From positions 3,534,001-3,598,000 of the forward strand of contig OZ316775.1 of assembly GCA_973851085.1 (NCBI GenBank): a stretch of 64,000 nt of DNA, given 5' to 3'. Shown piece by piece: positions 1 through 13,944 of this stretch. The notes beneath the pieces were generated by a model, which saw nothing but the letters and a program-made list of their open reading frames with translations, ran no database searches and was not told the origin of the DNA. Every line of letters starts with the position of its first letter. Position 1 is the stretch's first letter. The position numbers and the translations under genes are program-made. The DNA comes from Ptychomitrium polyphyllum. Taxonomy: Eukaryota.

Positions 1-3000
1 AACTTTTCATACAACACTTTTTACAAGTGTCTCCTTCAAAAACTCAAGGTATTATCATATTATTGTGCAATTCTTGTATACCACAACTATTACTAACTAC
101 ATATTCTTGATTTCTTCATTGTAAAATGATTTACACCTTTTTCCCTACAAATTTTGATTTTTATGGAGCTTGACTTTGAGCCTATCATAATAAAATAAAA
201 TAAAAATGTGTAATTATCACATGTATTTAAAAAAAAATGGTCGTTTTTGAAAGAGTATAAATATTTTAAAAGAATCATCGGTGACGAGTGTTGAATTTTT
301 TCAGAAGTTCTCTTTTTAATTTTAATTTTTTTTAAATATCCATTTTATCTTCATTCTCTTTTAAAATAATTCGTTTTATACGGGAATGGTAAAATTGAGG
401 ATGGTATATAGTGTAAGGAAGACGAACAGGCTCCTCTAGGTTCTGATGATTCAGGGGTCACGTGTGATGGAACTTCAAGACATTCACAGTGCTAGAATAT
501 ACTAGGATGTTCCAATTCTGTCTAACAATTACAATACAAGTTACCAGGTGCACTGCAGCAGAGAATATCAGGGAGCCTCTCTACTTCTTCCTAAACATAG
601 GAGTTACATTTTACTGCTTCCCGAAATAATCCTTGCACATTTCAAACAACGAATTACTATAACTAGGAACTAGTATTTTATTCTTCGTGGACCAACATAC
701 ATGAATGAACTATGAGTAACAGTAGTTGGAAATCATACTGACCGAGACAATCACCCAATGCAATTGCATCAACTTATAACACTACGATGGCTCTGCTCCA
801 CAACAAAGATACTGTATGTAACAGTTCGGCGCTGTAAAACCGTGGTATATTGGTACCCTGATGAGATTTTTTGTTTAAAACAGGCAGCATGTTTATAGCA
901 GATATTCAAGAACAATGGCATCCTCACTCGCATGGAGCTGACCTGTTGCAGCAAAGGCTCAAATTACCGTTGGATAGTGCATCACGCCAGCCAAACCCAG
1001 ACTGCTTTAAAATCTCATTGAGATTCACCATGTGTACACATTTTGGTCTTAGCTTGCTTGTAGATGGCAGGGATTGTAGGCGCCAAGTGGGAGGATGTCA
1101 CAGGGTACTGTGAAATGAGCGAGCACATCTGAGTCTGTAGATACAAGCAAGCAAGACCAGAGTGCCAAGTTTTGAGAAACAACAGGAGTTGAGGGGATAC
1201 TTGAGGTTTGCTTTTACAAATGTGGAAAGAGGTCGGAAGAATCCTTGCAAATAATATGGTCTATACTAGATTAAGCAGGCCCATTACTAACTTGACAAAT
1301 AAACACATGCTGTGAACAGGCTAGTAACACGAAACAACAATGAAAAGATCAATAACCAGAAAAGGTAAAATAGGGTATGAAATGGGTGAGAGAGTTGTTG
1401 TAATGGGTTTGGAATTAGGTGCAAATGAACTTGTCAAAGTGGTGGTAATGGAAAGAAAAGGTGAATTTTACATAAGGTTTTTGAAGAATTTCCATGTGAG
1501 GATCATGGTCTCACTCCATGATGGTATATGAATGGAATTTAAGTGATTTTGCATGCACAAAGTGGTAGTTATTAGTTGTTGTTTGGATGGTAAATGGACT
1601 AACATACTGATGTTCTCTGGTTTTTTTGCAAAAAACACCTTTTAAAATTTACAACTAATGAAATTTTAATTTTAAGATTATGATTCAATTTGCAATGACT
1701 TTTGAGTCCTAGCATTTGTTCACTAAGAATAAATTTTTAAAATAAACTATTCTCAAAATGTCACATTTCTTACAACAATAAATATAGGCATGCTTGTCTT
1801 ATTTTATTATTTATTGTACTAAACTTTTTTTTTCACAAGATATGTGCCAATTCAATATTCTTAAGAAATATAAAACTTCACCTTTTGCTAATAGGTTATT
1901 ATGAATTTTAAAAGTAATTTTACATTAAATGAAGTAAAAGATATATGTGGTTTAGCTACCTTGATTCCAAGCTAATTAATTGCCATTGCTAAAAGTTGTT
2001 GTGACATTATTAGAAGCAATTTAGATGTCACATGCTAAACATTTCAAAGTTTGAAAATTCTTGAAGAATGTTCTTTTAACTTCAAAATTAAAAATTAAAA
2101 GTTAAAAAACAGCTACCAATTGCTTGATGTATTCCTATCAATATTTTTAACCCTTACACATTGTTTGATAAAAAATTTAAAAGTATGTTTCACAAGTATA
2201 CAAGAACTCTTTTCAATTGATTGGCTCTCCAAAGAATATGTTTTTAGTATCCAAAGGTTTTGTTAGATGAACTATTTTTTCCAAATTTATCCATACAATA
2301 AAACTTTCATACCTTGTGTTTTTAAAGTGTTTCTAAAATCTTCCTATAAATGATAATACAAGCATCAAAATATTACTTTGAGAAGCCTTGGGCACCTAGG
2401 ACAAATTAAATATTGGATTGGCAGAGCTTAGCTAGCTTTGATGAAGTCTAAAGTTCCAAGCTTTCCAACCAAACCTCACCTTTGTAAAGATTTTTAATTG
2501 ATTCATCAAAAAAATATAATAAAAATACATTTTTATTCTTTAATATCAAAATCCAATTTTGCAAAGTTCATAATGTGTTTTGTAAAACTTTCATCTTTAA
2601 AAAGGACTTAACAAATGTTTTTATTTAAAATCTTAAATCTTCTATATAAATAAGCTAAATTCTTCATTTGACTTTAAGGCCCTTGAAGTTGTATTATTTG
2701 CTACATCAATGTACTATGGAATATTACAACATTTTATGAAAAATCACACATCAAAACTTGTCTACAAAGAAATAAAAAACTTTGGTGATGTTATGTGTAC
2801 ATAACATTCTTTAATTAAACAACCTTGTATTATCACAAACATTATTAGAATAATATTCTACTTTGTTTTTAAGTGCTAAATATTATGTGCTATAAAGTAT
2901 CTAATCCAAATGTAGCTAGTTTATAAAATTATGAAGCCAACAAAATTTATATATTAGGCTAAATATATCCAAAAATAGCTTAAAATATTCTTCATATATT

Positions 3001-4037
3001 TATAATTAATAAAAATTTACTATTATATTTGGAGGAAGTCAACAATGCATATCTAAAGTAAATACACAACCATACGCTTAAGAACAATTGAAATTATGGC
3101 TATTGCTAAAGTTGACTAAAAAATGGATGTAACACTAAAAAAATGCACATGGCAATATTTTTTATGATTTTAGGCATTGAAAGGTTGTTCAATAGAGAAA
3201 ATTTTGTCCAGTTTAATAATAGCAATCTAAACTTTATTTAAGCTAATATATTATTCTTTGTATAATATTTGATTTTTCATTAAATTTGTATTGATAGTTT
3301 AAAACGGATGTTTTGACATTGGAGTAAAAGTACAAATATTTTTTCTTGTATCATCTTTCTTTTCTTTAAAAAGGACTTATTATTAAGCTTTATTTTTTAT
3401 ATAATTTTTCAAAACACAATATTGATCATTTACTTCTAATTTCTAGGTACTTCACTTATTATAGCTCAAAATCCAACCGATACATTAAAGTAAGGATTCT
3501 ACAATATATGATAAATTTTACAATAAATCTTTTCAACACCTTTTAGCTCAATTGGACATGCTATGCAAATCTAGTTTTTAGGAAAAGATGATAATGTTAA
3601 AATTGTAGATTTGAGGTTAAAAGATGCGCTTATTCAATAAGTTGGAGCTTTAATAAATGGTATTGAGTTCTATGGCAATCAGATATATTTTGGCTCATTA
3701 TTTATTGGCTAAAATGAGAGGTCAATTATGATTCAATTTTAGTTATGTATAAATTCATTTAAAGATTTCGAACTGTATTTAGCATTGAAATATCACATTG
3801 AATTATGTACATACGTATATACATATATTGAAGTCAATTGTGTCTCTGTACATAATCTCCGTGGCTAAGCAGAGTATGCACAGATTATCCCCAGCTAATT
3901 CGATTGTAGGCAAGCGTCGTCCATGTGAGCGACGACACCGTCCGATGAGACACATGCCAAATCTGGGCCGTCGATAGGGTTGCACAACCGCGATTGAGGT
4001 CGACTCACATGCTCCCGCTCAATGCAGTCCGAGAGAC

Positions 4038-4049
4038 CGCCACGTGGCG
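4038..4049. promoter_or_regulatory. Perfect palindromic G-box (CGCCACGTGGCG)
   Basis: 12-bp palindrome containing the bZIP-type GCCACGTGGC site, within a CpG-retaining island at about 3850-4130. Function not demonstrated. Confidence 0.35.
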
Positions 4050-6618
4050 CTAAGTTCGCTTCCCGATCCTAGCATCGGGACATCTGAGCCGCCGAAGTGG
4101 GATCCACACGCTCAATAGAAGAAGTCGTATCTGCTTAGCTGGATAGTCTCATCTATATTTTCATCAACGTGATCAAAATTTACATCCAGCTCTTTAATGC
4201 TTCGGATTCCTATGATTCCTTCTCAACCAATGAGCATTTCTAAAGCCATGTCCTTAATGTGGTCATGGCATTTTCATTTCAGAGATGCTGACTCACTTTG
4301 TTTTCGAAGAATCTAAATATATCACCTCTGTCATACATTTTTAAAACCTTATAAAAGTTGGCTATGATAAATATAAAAGAGCATTTTGTTTACTTTATAA
4401 ATGTGCCAAATTATATTACTTATGTGAAGTTAGTCCATTATGCCAAAGCAAACACTAGTAGACATCATTCCTTGTATGTGAAACATCTTCAAGTTTCTTT
4501 TTGACACAGTGCTTAACATATTAATAGTGTGTATGCAACTTCATTACATTGTTCTATGAACTTTCTCGCCTTTAAATGTAAATTATCTATTAGTTTGATA
4601 ACTTATATGTTATAAATAATCTCCTCTGATTATTATTAAAATGTACAATGCAAAGTATTTGTTTTTTGCCCAATGATATGTGATTTCTTGTTATCATTTG
4701 ATTACAAGTATTGGATTGATTAATGATATTATCACTTATACATCTGAAATGCATGACAAACTTTTATTTGTTGTGATTGTGGTGATTGTTGTATAGATAT
4801 TTATTCACATGACATGCGAAGGAATTGAAATTCATTGATTTAGATTATCTTCATGTCCATGTATTTTCTGTTATTTGATGATTAATTATGTCCAAACATA
4901 ATGCATTGAGATATGCACATAATGCATTACTGCATTAATGCATAGCAATTTATTTATAATACAAATGATTTGTTCAACAAAGAAAAACCAATAATTCCAA
5001 ATACATTTGTATTGATAAAAAATTAATAAATTTAAATTTATAAAGGTATAAATAATCTTGGTAAATGGCATGGTGTAAAATGTAATTTTGAATCTCGTTT
5101 ATAAATGCACATATAATAATCTATCATTCTATTAAGAAATGATGCAAAGTATCAATTATTATTCAACATGAATAAATATTTTGAAATTGTGATTTAAAAT
5201 CAAGAACAAATTAAAAAGTTTGTATTACAAAAATCTGGTAATATATTTAAGTGTTCTTTATAATCTTTAAATTTTTTCTTTTATTTTTTACAAATTTTTT
5301 AACATGGTTAGAATTAAATTTTAATTAATATTTTATTAATCAATATATGAAAAGAATATTATCATAGTCATTCGCTTACAATACAAGTAATAAAAGTATT
5401 GCACTCACATAGTAAAATTGTCATATATTTTATAAATATTAATATTCTTTAAAATAACATTTATTAAATAGACATTTTTACAAATTTATTTTTTATTGAG
5501 ATTTCTAAAAAATGTAAATACATATATTTTTAAATGTCATTTAAAAAATTTGTATGATAATAAATTATATTTTATAAGTATAATATTAGATTTTTTTGTT
5601 AATTGTTTACAAATCATAACTTTGCCAAGAACATAAATTGCAATTATTTAAGTCATAATAAAAGTCAAAGAAGTCATATTTGAAAATGATTTATTTAAAA
5701 AGAAAAGTCGTAATTTTTAATTATGAGCATTTTCAACAAATTCAGTTTTAATTTATTTTTTAATAAAAGGACCAATTTTTGATAGTTTAAAAAAGAAAAA
5801 AAAAAGTTGGTTTTTTTAATCTCAAAAGTTCTAACTTTAGATGAGAATAACTGTGGTACAATTGTTTTTTCTTTTAAATTATTATTGCCTATTGTTGTTT
5901 TTTTTTTAAAAATTAACAAATGAAAAACATGCACTAAAAAGAAATCAAATGTGGTTTCCAATTCAATTTGAATAAAGTCTAACAAAGTTAAACTCCACCT
6001 AAAAGAACATTTTGAAGTAGAATACATCGATGTTGTCTCAATGTTATGCAATCTTTTTGTGCTATGAAAGTGATCATGTTTTTCTCAATCACAAATATAT
6101 TTAAAAAATATTTACAACATAACATCTTAGTTTAGCCCATCATTCCAAATTCAAAATATGATAATAAGTTTCTGATTTTGGTGAACATTTAGACTAAAAC
6201 TCTTTTAAATTCATTATGTGATGTTCTAAACCATTTTTGAAAAATTTGACTCTAAAAATAAGAATGATATATAAAAACCATCGTTTCCACCTTTTGGTTT
6301 GAAGGTGCAAGAGTCACATACTTTAACTCATATTGGTGTTGGTATGTATCTTGGGCATTGATGGCATAAAAATGCTCAAGAATATTATGAATGTGATGCA
6401 ATTGAAGAATTGAAGGAAGGTTAAATTTGTGGTTGCTAGACGAGAAAACAAACAGCATAGTTGAGTCTCTTGAGTTCAGCTGCTCCAATAACTAGTGTAC
6501 TATTAACATGGCAATCAAGGGCATCTAAAGCACATGGGCTTGTCACTCTGAATCAGTAACACTGGAGGCTTGTCTGAGATTGCTTAGCTTTTGTGCTATC
6601 AGAGGTATGAGACTTCGT

Positions 6619-6628
6619 GCCACGTGGC
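6619..6628. promoter_or_regulatory. Palindromic G-box (GCCACGTGGC)
   Basis: 10-bp palindrome in a second CpG-retaining island (about 6600-6800) that also contains GGCCCA and CCGTT motifs. Function not demonstrated. Confidence 0.3.
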
Positions 6629-8966
6629 TGACAGGAGTTCAGCAGATGTTCGAGGAACAGGATCCAACCGTTGAGGGTCCAGCAGATGAACTACGTCGAA
6701 TCCTTGGCTCGCTGGAAATTTATTTGGATGGAGGGTGGTCGGCCCAAAATGGATGAATTTCATTAGCTTAGGATAGCGTGGTTTCTGCTCGGAGGGCTCA
6801 TAGTTTCACATTGTTGCACTGGTGCAAGAGACTGTACACATTTGAGTAAAGGAAAAGAACTCTGAGGCTGTAACTTCTCAAATTCTACAAATAATTTTCA
6901 AACGTAGCCTATTGAAATTTCCATGTGACTCTGCTTATATGAAGTTTGTTTTGAAAATGATTGAAAACTCATTCTCCTGGACATATTAACAACGACCAGG
7001 TTTTTAATTGGCATTGCACAAAACCATTCCTCCTTAAGCGGTTGGATCCCTGCAAAACCAGCTCCCCACTGGGCCATGCCAGACCTCCCCATCTTGTACT
7101 ATGATGGAGGATCCTACCACCTAGGTCCCCTTTATGAAATTTGGATCATAGAACTCAAATTTGCAAAAGGATGTCTTAAAATAAAAATGCATAACAGTTC
7201 AAAGTGGAATTTGCTTGAATGAATGGGTCTTGGGAAATAGTTTCTACTAGGTGTTTGATGAAAATTGTATCAAGTTGTTCCTTACAGTTTTATAATTCAT
7301 TTGAGATTTTCATCTGAATGATACATTTATGATTCTTTACAGTGAAATATTATTGATCGTTATACTAGACTATCTTCTGTTTTGTATTTTTTTGGAATGT
7401 AGGAAGTTTAAATACGAGACTAATGTTGCCTATTGAAAATATGTTGTTTATTTTTTTTATTTAATTTGTTTTTTTTGTTGTCTACTACGCTTTAGGTTGG
7501 TGATGAATTTATAATTTTAATATAACTTGCACCTCATAGTATCAAAAAAGGTAGAGAATGCAACGATGCTATTATTTTTGGATGGAATATATAACTTTGA
7601 ATTCCAAATATCAAAAGGTCTAAGAGTATTATTAAATTTTTCAAGAATATTTCATTATACAATTATACTATTTTAGAAACAAATGAATTCCCTCGCTTTT
7701 TGTCATTTTAAATATTTAAAAAAATCCAAGAAAATAAATCCAAGACACCTTTTGTATTTAAAAATAAATTTTTGTATATAATGTTTTTTTTAATGAAAAC
7801 AAAATATTTTAAAGAATCGCAGTATTAATAATTTTTTAAAAAATAACAGGTTTATTGAGAAATATACAAGATCAATTGATTCGGTACTGGATTTTATTAT
7901 TATTTGAGATAATATGCAAATTGAGGTTGTCAAGGAGTTTCATATTTTTATGATTTTTGAGATTTATTAGGCATCTTATGAAAGTTTCCAAGTGATTCAA
8001 ACCAAATTGTCAAAGCTTTTGATTTTGAAAAGTATATTGGATAGTAAAATTAATTGTTTTGCAACATTATAAATTGATTTTCAACTCAATAATCCTTTAC
8101 TAGTTAGCAGTTAATTGATATGATTTTGTGATCTACGTAACTTTGTTAGATTAATTGTATATTATTCAATATTAATGAAATAAGCTTTCAAATCTTATAA
8201 TTAGATGTTGCAAATTAAATATATTTTTGATAAGTAGGAATTTCAATTGGCTTCTAAGTTCAAAAATGTCTTTTAAAGCTCTAGAGTAAGGATATACAAA
8301 GATTGTAATTTAGGGTGCTAAAAAAAGGTGTTTAAAAGTTTATTACATGAATACAATTGAAGGTATGTTTATATTATTGCTCATTGTGCTTATAATTTTT
8401 TTTAATCTATAAAATTAATAGATAGAAAGAATTCAATCCAAATTTGCTTTAAAAAGTTGAAGATTAGTCACATTGTAGAAAACATCTTATTTAAAAAAAA
8501 TTCTTGAAGTAGAAGTTAAATTGATAGATTTGCAGAAAGCAATGATATCAATATTGTAAGTTGTAAAAAAAAATAACTGCTTTATAATACAATAGTAAAA
8601 ATTTCCTCTTTGAAGGTGGTTTTGCATTGTTGAAACCAAAAGTTTGAGTTGTTTTGCATATACATATTTGAATAAGGAAAGTTGAACAAAGCTATTATTT
8701 CGCAAAAATGTTATAATAATGAGAATGTGATATTTGAATTGTTGTATTACCAACATATTGTTAATAAAAACATAATGTTAAAGATTCCAAATCCAAGTTT
8801 AAGTACCTTTCAACCAAAATGTATGATAATTTTAGACATGAATATCTCCTATTTGTGTATTCTAAATCTATTTATAGACACAGTGTATAGTCATGGTCAA
8901 GGACCCTTATATACTAGTTCCCTTGTATGATGTGTGCTACAATGGCTACTTTGAAGAGATTGCAAC

Positions 8967-9803
8967 CTAGAACCATGAATGACAAGCTCTGTTCATTCCA
9001 ATTTCCTGTGCCTCACATGACAGATTATCATCTACAACATTTTCTGCAATTGCAACAATTACCTTCTTTGTGTCAGGTACAAAAGAAAGCAAAGGGCTGA
9101 TTTGGAGGAATAATGTGGTTGTCACTTTGAAGATGGCTCTGCTACCCTTACTCAGTACATTCACCCTACTGTTTATAAGATCCATGGACAGAGCAATCCC
9201 ACCATTGTTTCGGATGAATTTTTCAAGCATTTTACATCACCCTATCAACCATCTGCTGGATGGCTGACCAAATGATGCCAAAACAGGCAGTGACAATGAC
9301 CCAGTTGAACAAATTCAGCTTCTCCACACTATTGAGGTCGAAGTCGTGAAGGCTGCTTTGGAAGAACACACTCACAAAGTCCACTGCAGATCCCAAAGTG
9401 TACCAGCTTCTAAGAGCATGGATATCAATTCATTAAAGTCTTGGACCAGCCCCATCTGTGCTTCCAAACTTGCGCATGAGGGTTCCTTGTCACCGCTGTT
9501 GCACACTCATGGGTTCCAACGCTGTACTAGGAATGAGATTGTAAATTGGATGATCGTATGGGGGAGGAAGTGGTGGATTGGACTTCAGGATGCCATTGCC
9601 ACATAGTCACCAATTTGCTGCAAATCATCCAAATTCCTGCCAGGCCAGTATCCCCCCACATCTTCTGCTCTAAACAGCATGTTTGTCCTCAACATCCAAC
9701 AGCCAGTCAGCCAACAAGTGGAGTGTGCATCCAAGGGCTGAGAATGAACCATACCCTCGTCCTTGTTGGTTTGATCTTGGTACATTCTAGTGACAAGGCT
9801 CAT
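8967..9803 (-). pseudogene. Decayed protein-coding segment, product not recognised
   Basis: GC-richer island. Minus-strand frames chain through frameshifts and TGA stops (…RNLDDLQQIGDYVAMAS*SPIHHFLPHTIIQF…LVQDFNELISMLLEAG/TLGSAVDFVSVFFQSSLHDFDLNSVEKLNLFNWVIVTACFGIIWSAIQQMVDRVM/MLEKFIRNNGG…), with a visible G/C bias at third codon positions in the middle block. Confidence 0.45.
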
Positions 9804-11359
9804 CTACCTTACTCTACTTCATTTTAGGCCAACCATCTATTTTGCTGTAACTCATGGCCCCTATAAATCCATAGGTGAAATCAAAAGGCCTCCAAAACAG
9901 GAATATGAAACCCTCCCACGATAGGCCAATGAAGTAATCACCGTACATTGCAGCTATGGTCATGAAAAGCTTTTGTGTCAAACGGAAAAGAAAACCTCGA
10001 TGACAATAAGTAATTCCAGTGGCCTTACAAGAAAGAAATCCGTTTTTAATTTGTTTGATTTGTTTGTTTCTTCCTTTTTCTATTTTTCTCCCTTTTACAC
10101 AATGCCACTGCCAAGATCCATGAATTACTTATTCCAACATACAATAGCATAGAACTTTGAGGCATCCTATTTTGTGGACATGAGATATCCATAAGGACCT
10201 AGAAGAAATATTCAAGAATTGAGTGGATGTGTGATTTTTCTACAACAAGATGGAAAAATAAGTGGATTTTCAAAATTTTAATATATCAAATTGCTAAAGA
10301 TATTGAGATAGTATTAAGATTCATAATCCACTTGCTAAAGCTAAAACCGTTTTTTTCTACCAAACAATGATATAGATAAAGGCAACAAATAAATGCATAT
10401 CAATCAATACAAAAATTATGTAAGAATTTGGAAATGTGTATACTACCCAAGTGTACGTGTACTTCATTTCAGCTCTCCAATTTCACCTTTTTATTTTATG
10501 GGGTGCATCAGTATAGGACATGGAACCCATGACCTCTCAATGTTAGAAGAGGTTTCGTAAGAAATTTTAAAGCCTCGAGGAGCTGAGAAAGGACCATATT
10601 TACGTACAACACTTGGCAGATATACACTAATGATAGAATAAAGTAAACTCTAGGGGCAAGTCACTTTTTTGGTCATGTCTACTGCCTGCTTACTAGAGTA
10701 TTTGAGACTCCAATAATTGAGCGGGTTGGAAACCAAATCTCAAGGGCCCGCCATCTACTAATAATGGCCTTATTTTTTCTATGCAATTGCAAAACTTGCA
10801 GGTCTGGTCCAAGATACACCTTCTGGTGGCAATGCTCTTATACGCACAAAAAGTGTCAAAACCAACCCTCTTTATCTTATAAGGATTGACCACAAAGTTG
10901 ATCATTATTACTGCAACCAGCAGAATCGTAAAAGTAACAACTGTGACGGATTGCCACTGTAGCGCCGTAGGAGGGCGAACAGGAGGGAATTTTCCGATTT
11001 TACCACTCTCCCTCCCCAGTGTCCCTGTAACAGTAAAACACCACATCAACAGCAGGACTGTAAACTGCAAGAAAGCATGCCAATGCCAATGCCATCATCA
11101 TCACTCATCACCATTCACAACAGAGCAATCAAAGGCTGCTGATGGGAAGTAATCTAGTCCGATTGGCACCGAAGCTCCCAAGACTGCAGTTTGGAAGTGA
11201 CGAACACTCACAAAATCCACCTCGGCAGGCTCACTGCAAATCATCACACACTCATGAGCACGAGAAAAATGAAAGGAGAACGAAAGGAAAACGAAAGGAC
11301 GAGGACAGGAAGACCAACCGAAGTTTGAAATAGTGGAAGGGAAGTTTGCGAACGTTGGA

Positions 11360-13944
11360 TGGAGAGAAGAGGAGTAGGACGAGGTAGTGGTGGGCCAGTT
11401 GCCATCCCGCCATCCCCAGCAGTCGGAACTTGTGCGCAGCGCGCTCGGAAGACTGACCCGCAACGCAGGCGCTCGCCGTTACTCATTCTGCCACCATTTC
11501 CTATTCCGATTCCGACTCCACTTTTTCGACCTCTTCACCGCGCTGAGGCCCAGGCAGTGCAATCGCGAGTGCCAAGTTCCCACCTTTGGAGCCTCACGAG
11601 TGGCCCCCTCATGTGAGTGCCTTCTCTCACATATCCCACCCGCTTCTAGTGTAGTGTTGAGCATCCACACCTCACCTCACAACACCTGCACAGTTTGTAG
11701 CTGTATGCCTGCCTTTTCCTCCCTTCCCCCCACTGCCATGTTGCTGAGCCTTCTTGCAGGGCCACTTCTGTAGCAAGTGTATTTACTTTACTACTGCCTC
11801 TGCGTTTCCTTCTGAGTTCAGTCCGTGCGAAATTGAAGGAGAGCATCCATATGAAGGGAAAAAGAGTGAGTGGTTGTGCGTTTTGCCGTTGAAGTGATGT
11901 GCATGGGATGTGTGGGGGATGTGAGATGATGTGCTGCGGTGTGCTGTGACGTGCGTGTTGTGAGTAGACCGTTTGAGGTGTACGGTAACGGGGAGTTATT
12001 GCGAGGTTTTTGGATTTTGGATGCTGTTGGGTTGGGTTGGGTTGAGTGTGGGAGGTTTGATTTGCGCTGAGCGTGTTTGGTTTGAGATTGTGTTTGTTTT
12101 TGGCGGGGTGGGTTAAGTTTTTGAAGTTGGTGATGTGCGGGTTTGGATAGATCCTGAATTTTAGTAAGTGCTTGTGCGCATTGATGTGGGGGGTCGGTAA
12201 GAGTTTTTTTTAACTGCATTTGTGAGGGAGATCTGGGAGGTTCATCCGTGGGGCGTTTAGGCAGCTTGTAGCCTTCGAAAGCCGAAAACTTGACTTTTGG
12301 TTTTCTTGGAACCTGCATTGACGGAGAGCGTGTGATTAGAGAGATAACCCTTGGTGTTTGCTCTTTCCGCCTTTTCAGTCCGTGTATTTCGGAAGAGGGT
12401 AATCACTGTGCATTGCATTTGAACCTTAATTTCTCGAGAGATCGTGTGGTATACTTTCGTGCCGATTACTGCTTCGTTGAGAGTTGTGAGGGAGGGTCAT
12501 ATCTCCGCATTGACGCTTGGGAAGAGTTCTTCGCCATAGCGTGCGGTCTGAGAAGGTAGGGATTAGAAGGTTGAAGTGAGAATCATCAGGGAAAGAAGTG
12601 TTCTTGTGGAAAATCGATTTGATGTGCCTGTTTATTTCTCTCTACGTGTTCCAGGGTGTTTGGAAGCATTGTATAGAGAGCAGCAGCAGGAACACTAAAG
12701 TTTATCGTTTCAGTAAGGACGGCGTTCTCGTACAAGATAACGCAAGAAAGGTAGACACTTCGGAGGGCTTTGACAGTTCCGCATTTCTCAGCTTCTTGAG
12801 AAACTCCGACGATCTCCTTGACGAAACTATTGCTGCTAACTCCAATTTGCCACGCGAAGATGTAAGTCTTTACCATGTACTTCTGGCCTTTTCTCCCCAC
12901 AAACTAGCTGCCCTCTCCCATACGCCGGGTTTTCAGGGGTGTACCCTAGAATCAGTTTTGAATTTTGATTATTGTTTTAACTTCTCCTTTAGTTTTTCTG
13001 AACCCAAGATCCTCTTTTCCCTCTCCTGATTTGAAATACCGTGTAAGAAAGTTCAGTTTTCGGCTCAGAGTTGAATATCCCGCTGTGGTAGCAAACTTCA
13101 AATTCCTCAAATCCTTTCTCAGTTCTCTTATGCAGCAGGGAGGATTTCAGATTAAAATTCTAGAATCTTATATTGTTCAGTAGTACGAGATGGTGATGAT
13201 AGTTCAAGGGCATTGACATACCATTGCATCTGCTAATTACCCTCACTTCTGTCTTGGGTAATTTGTTTATTCACCTCTATTGCCTCCGATATGCAACTTT
13301 TGTTATAGTGTCAGGTATACGAGTGCTGCTCGTTGGAGTTTGAGGGTTTCATTTTTGCTTCGTTCCTCCTTGAATGTCACGTAATCCACGCATGTACAAA
13401 TGTAACTCCTTGGTAGATGCACTGGCTCTTAAGCAAATGGGGTGCACATTTACCGAGGCCTTTGTGACCGTTTTATCGTTGTGGAGCAAATTGACTTTTT
13501 TATTTTATTTTATTTTATCTTTGGCAAGCCGTACTTGTCTATCCTAGGCTCCTCTAATGGTTTAAAATGTCAGTCGGTGTTTGTGAACGTGCTTCAGTTC
13601 CTGTGCTGTCTGTATCTGTAGATCTTGTACTATTTGGTGATTTTTCATTGATATCAGTTGGCGGTAGAGCAACCTGAAAAGTCTGGATCGATCCTTGTCT
13701 GACGAATGGGTTCCTCTCGTTTCTTTTTCTTTTTGCAGAAATCATTCGTAACGGAAAACATTACTTGTCCAAAATTAGTTCCTGTAATGCACCTGTAGGT
13801 GATCACGGGCGGCTGCCAAGGATAACACCGTTGCTGCAGCTGGTACCACATCCGAAAACCCGATAAAACTTGCAGCACGTACATTACATTTGAGAGGACT
13901 GACTGTATTGTGCCGCCTGGGCTCTGACAGAACCACGACCAAAG
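11360..13944 (+). promoter_or_regulatory. CpG-rich promoter plus long, probably intron-containing 5' leader of RopGDI
   Basis: CpG-retaining GC-rich block at 11360-11650, pyrimidine-rich leader at 11620-11760, GT-rich intron-like tract at 11860-12250, and acceptor-like sites ttttgcAG (13738) and ctgacAG (13930). Exact exon boundaries cannot be fixed from sequence alone. Confidence 0.55.

Noticed and set aside
4061..4080. Hairpin as a Helitron 3' terminus
   Set aside because: No CTRR end at the expected distance on either strand.
11818..12318. 166-aa Q/P/K/T-rich minus-strand ORF
   Set aside because: Reverse complement of a GT-rich intron-like tract; the low-complexity composition explains the open frame.
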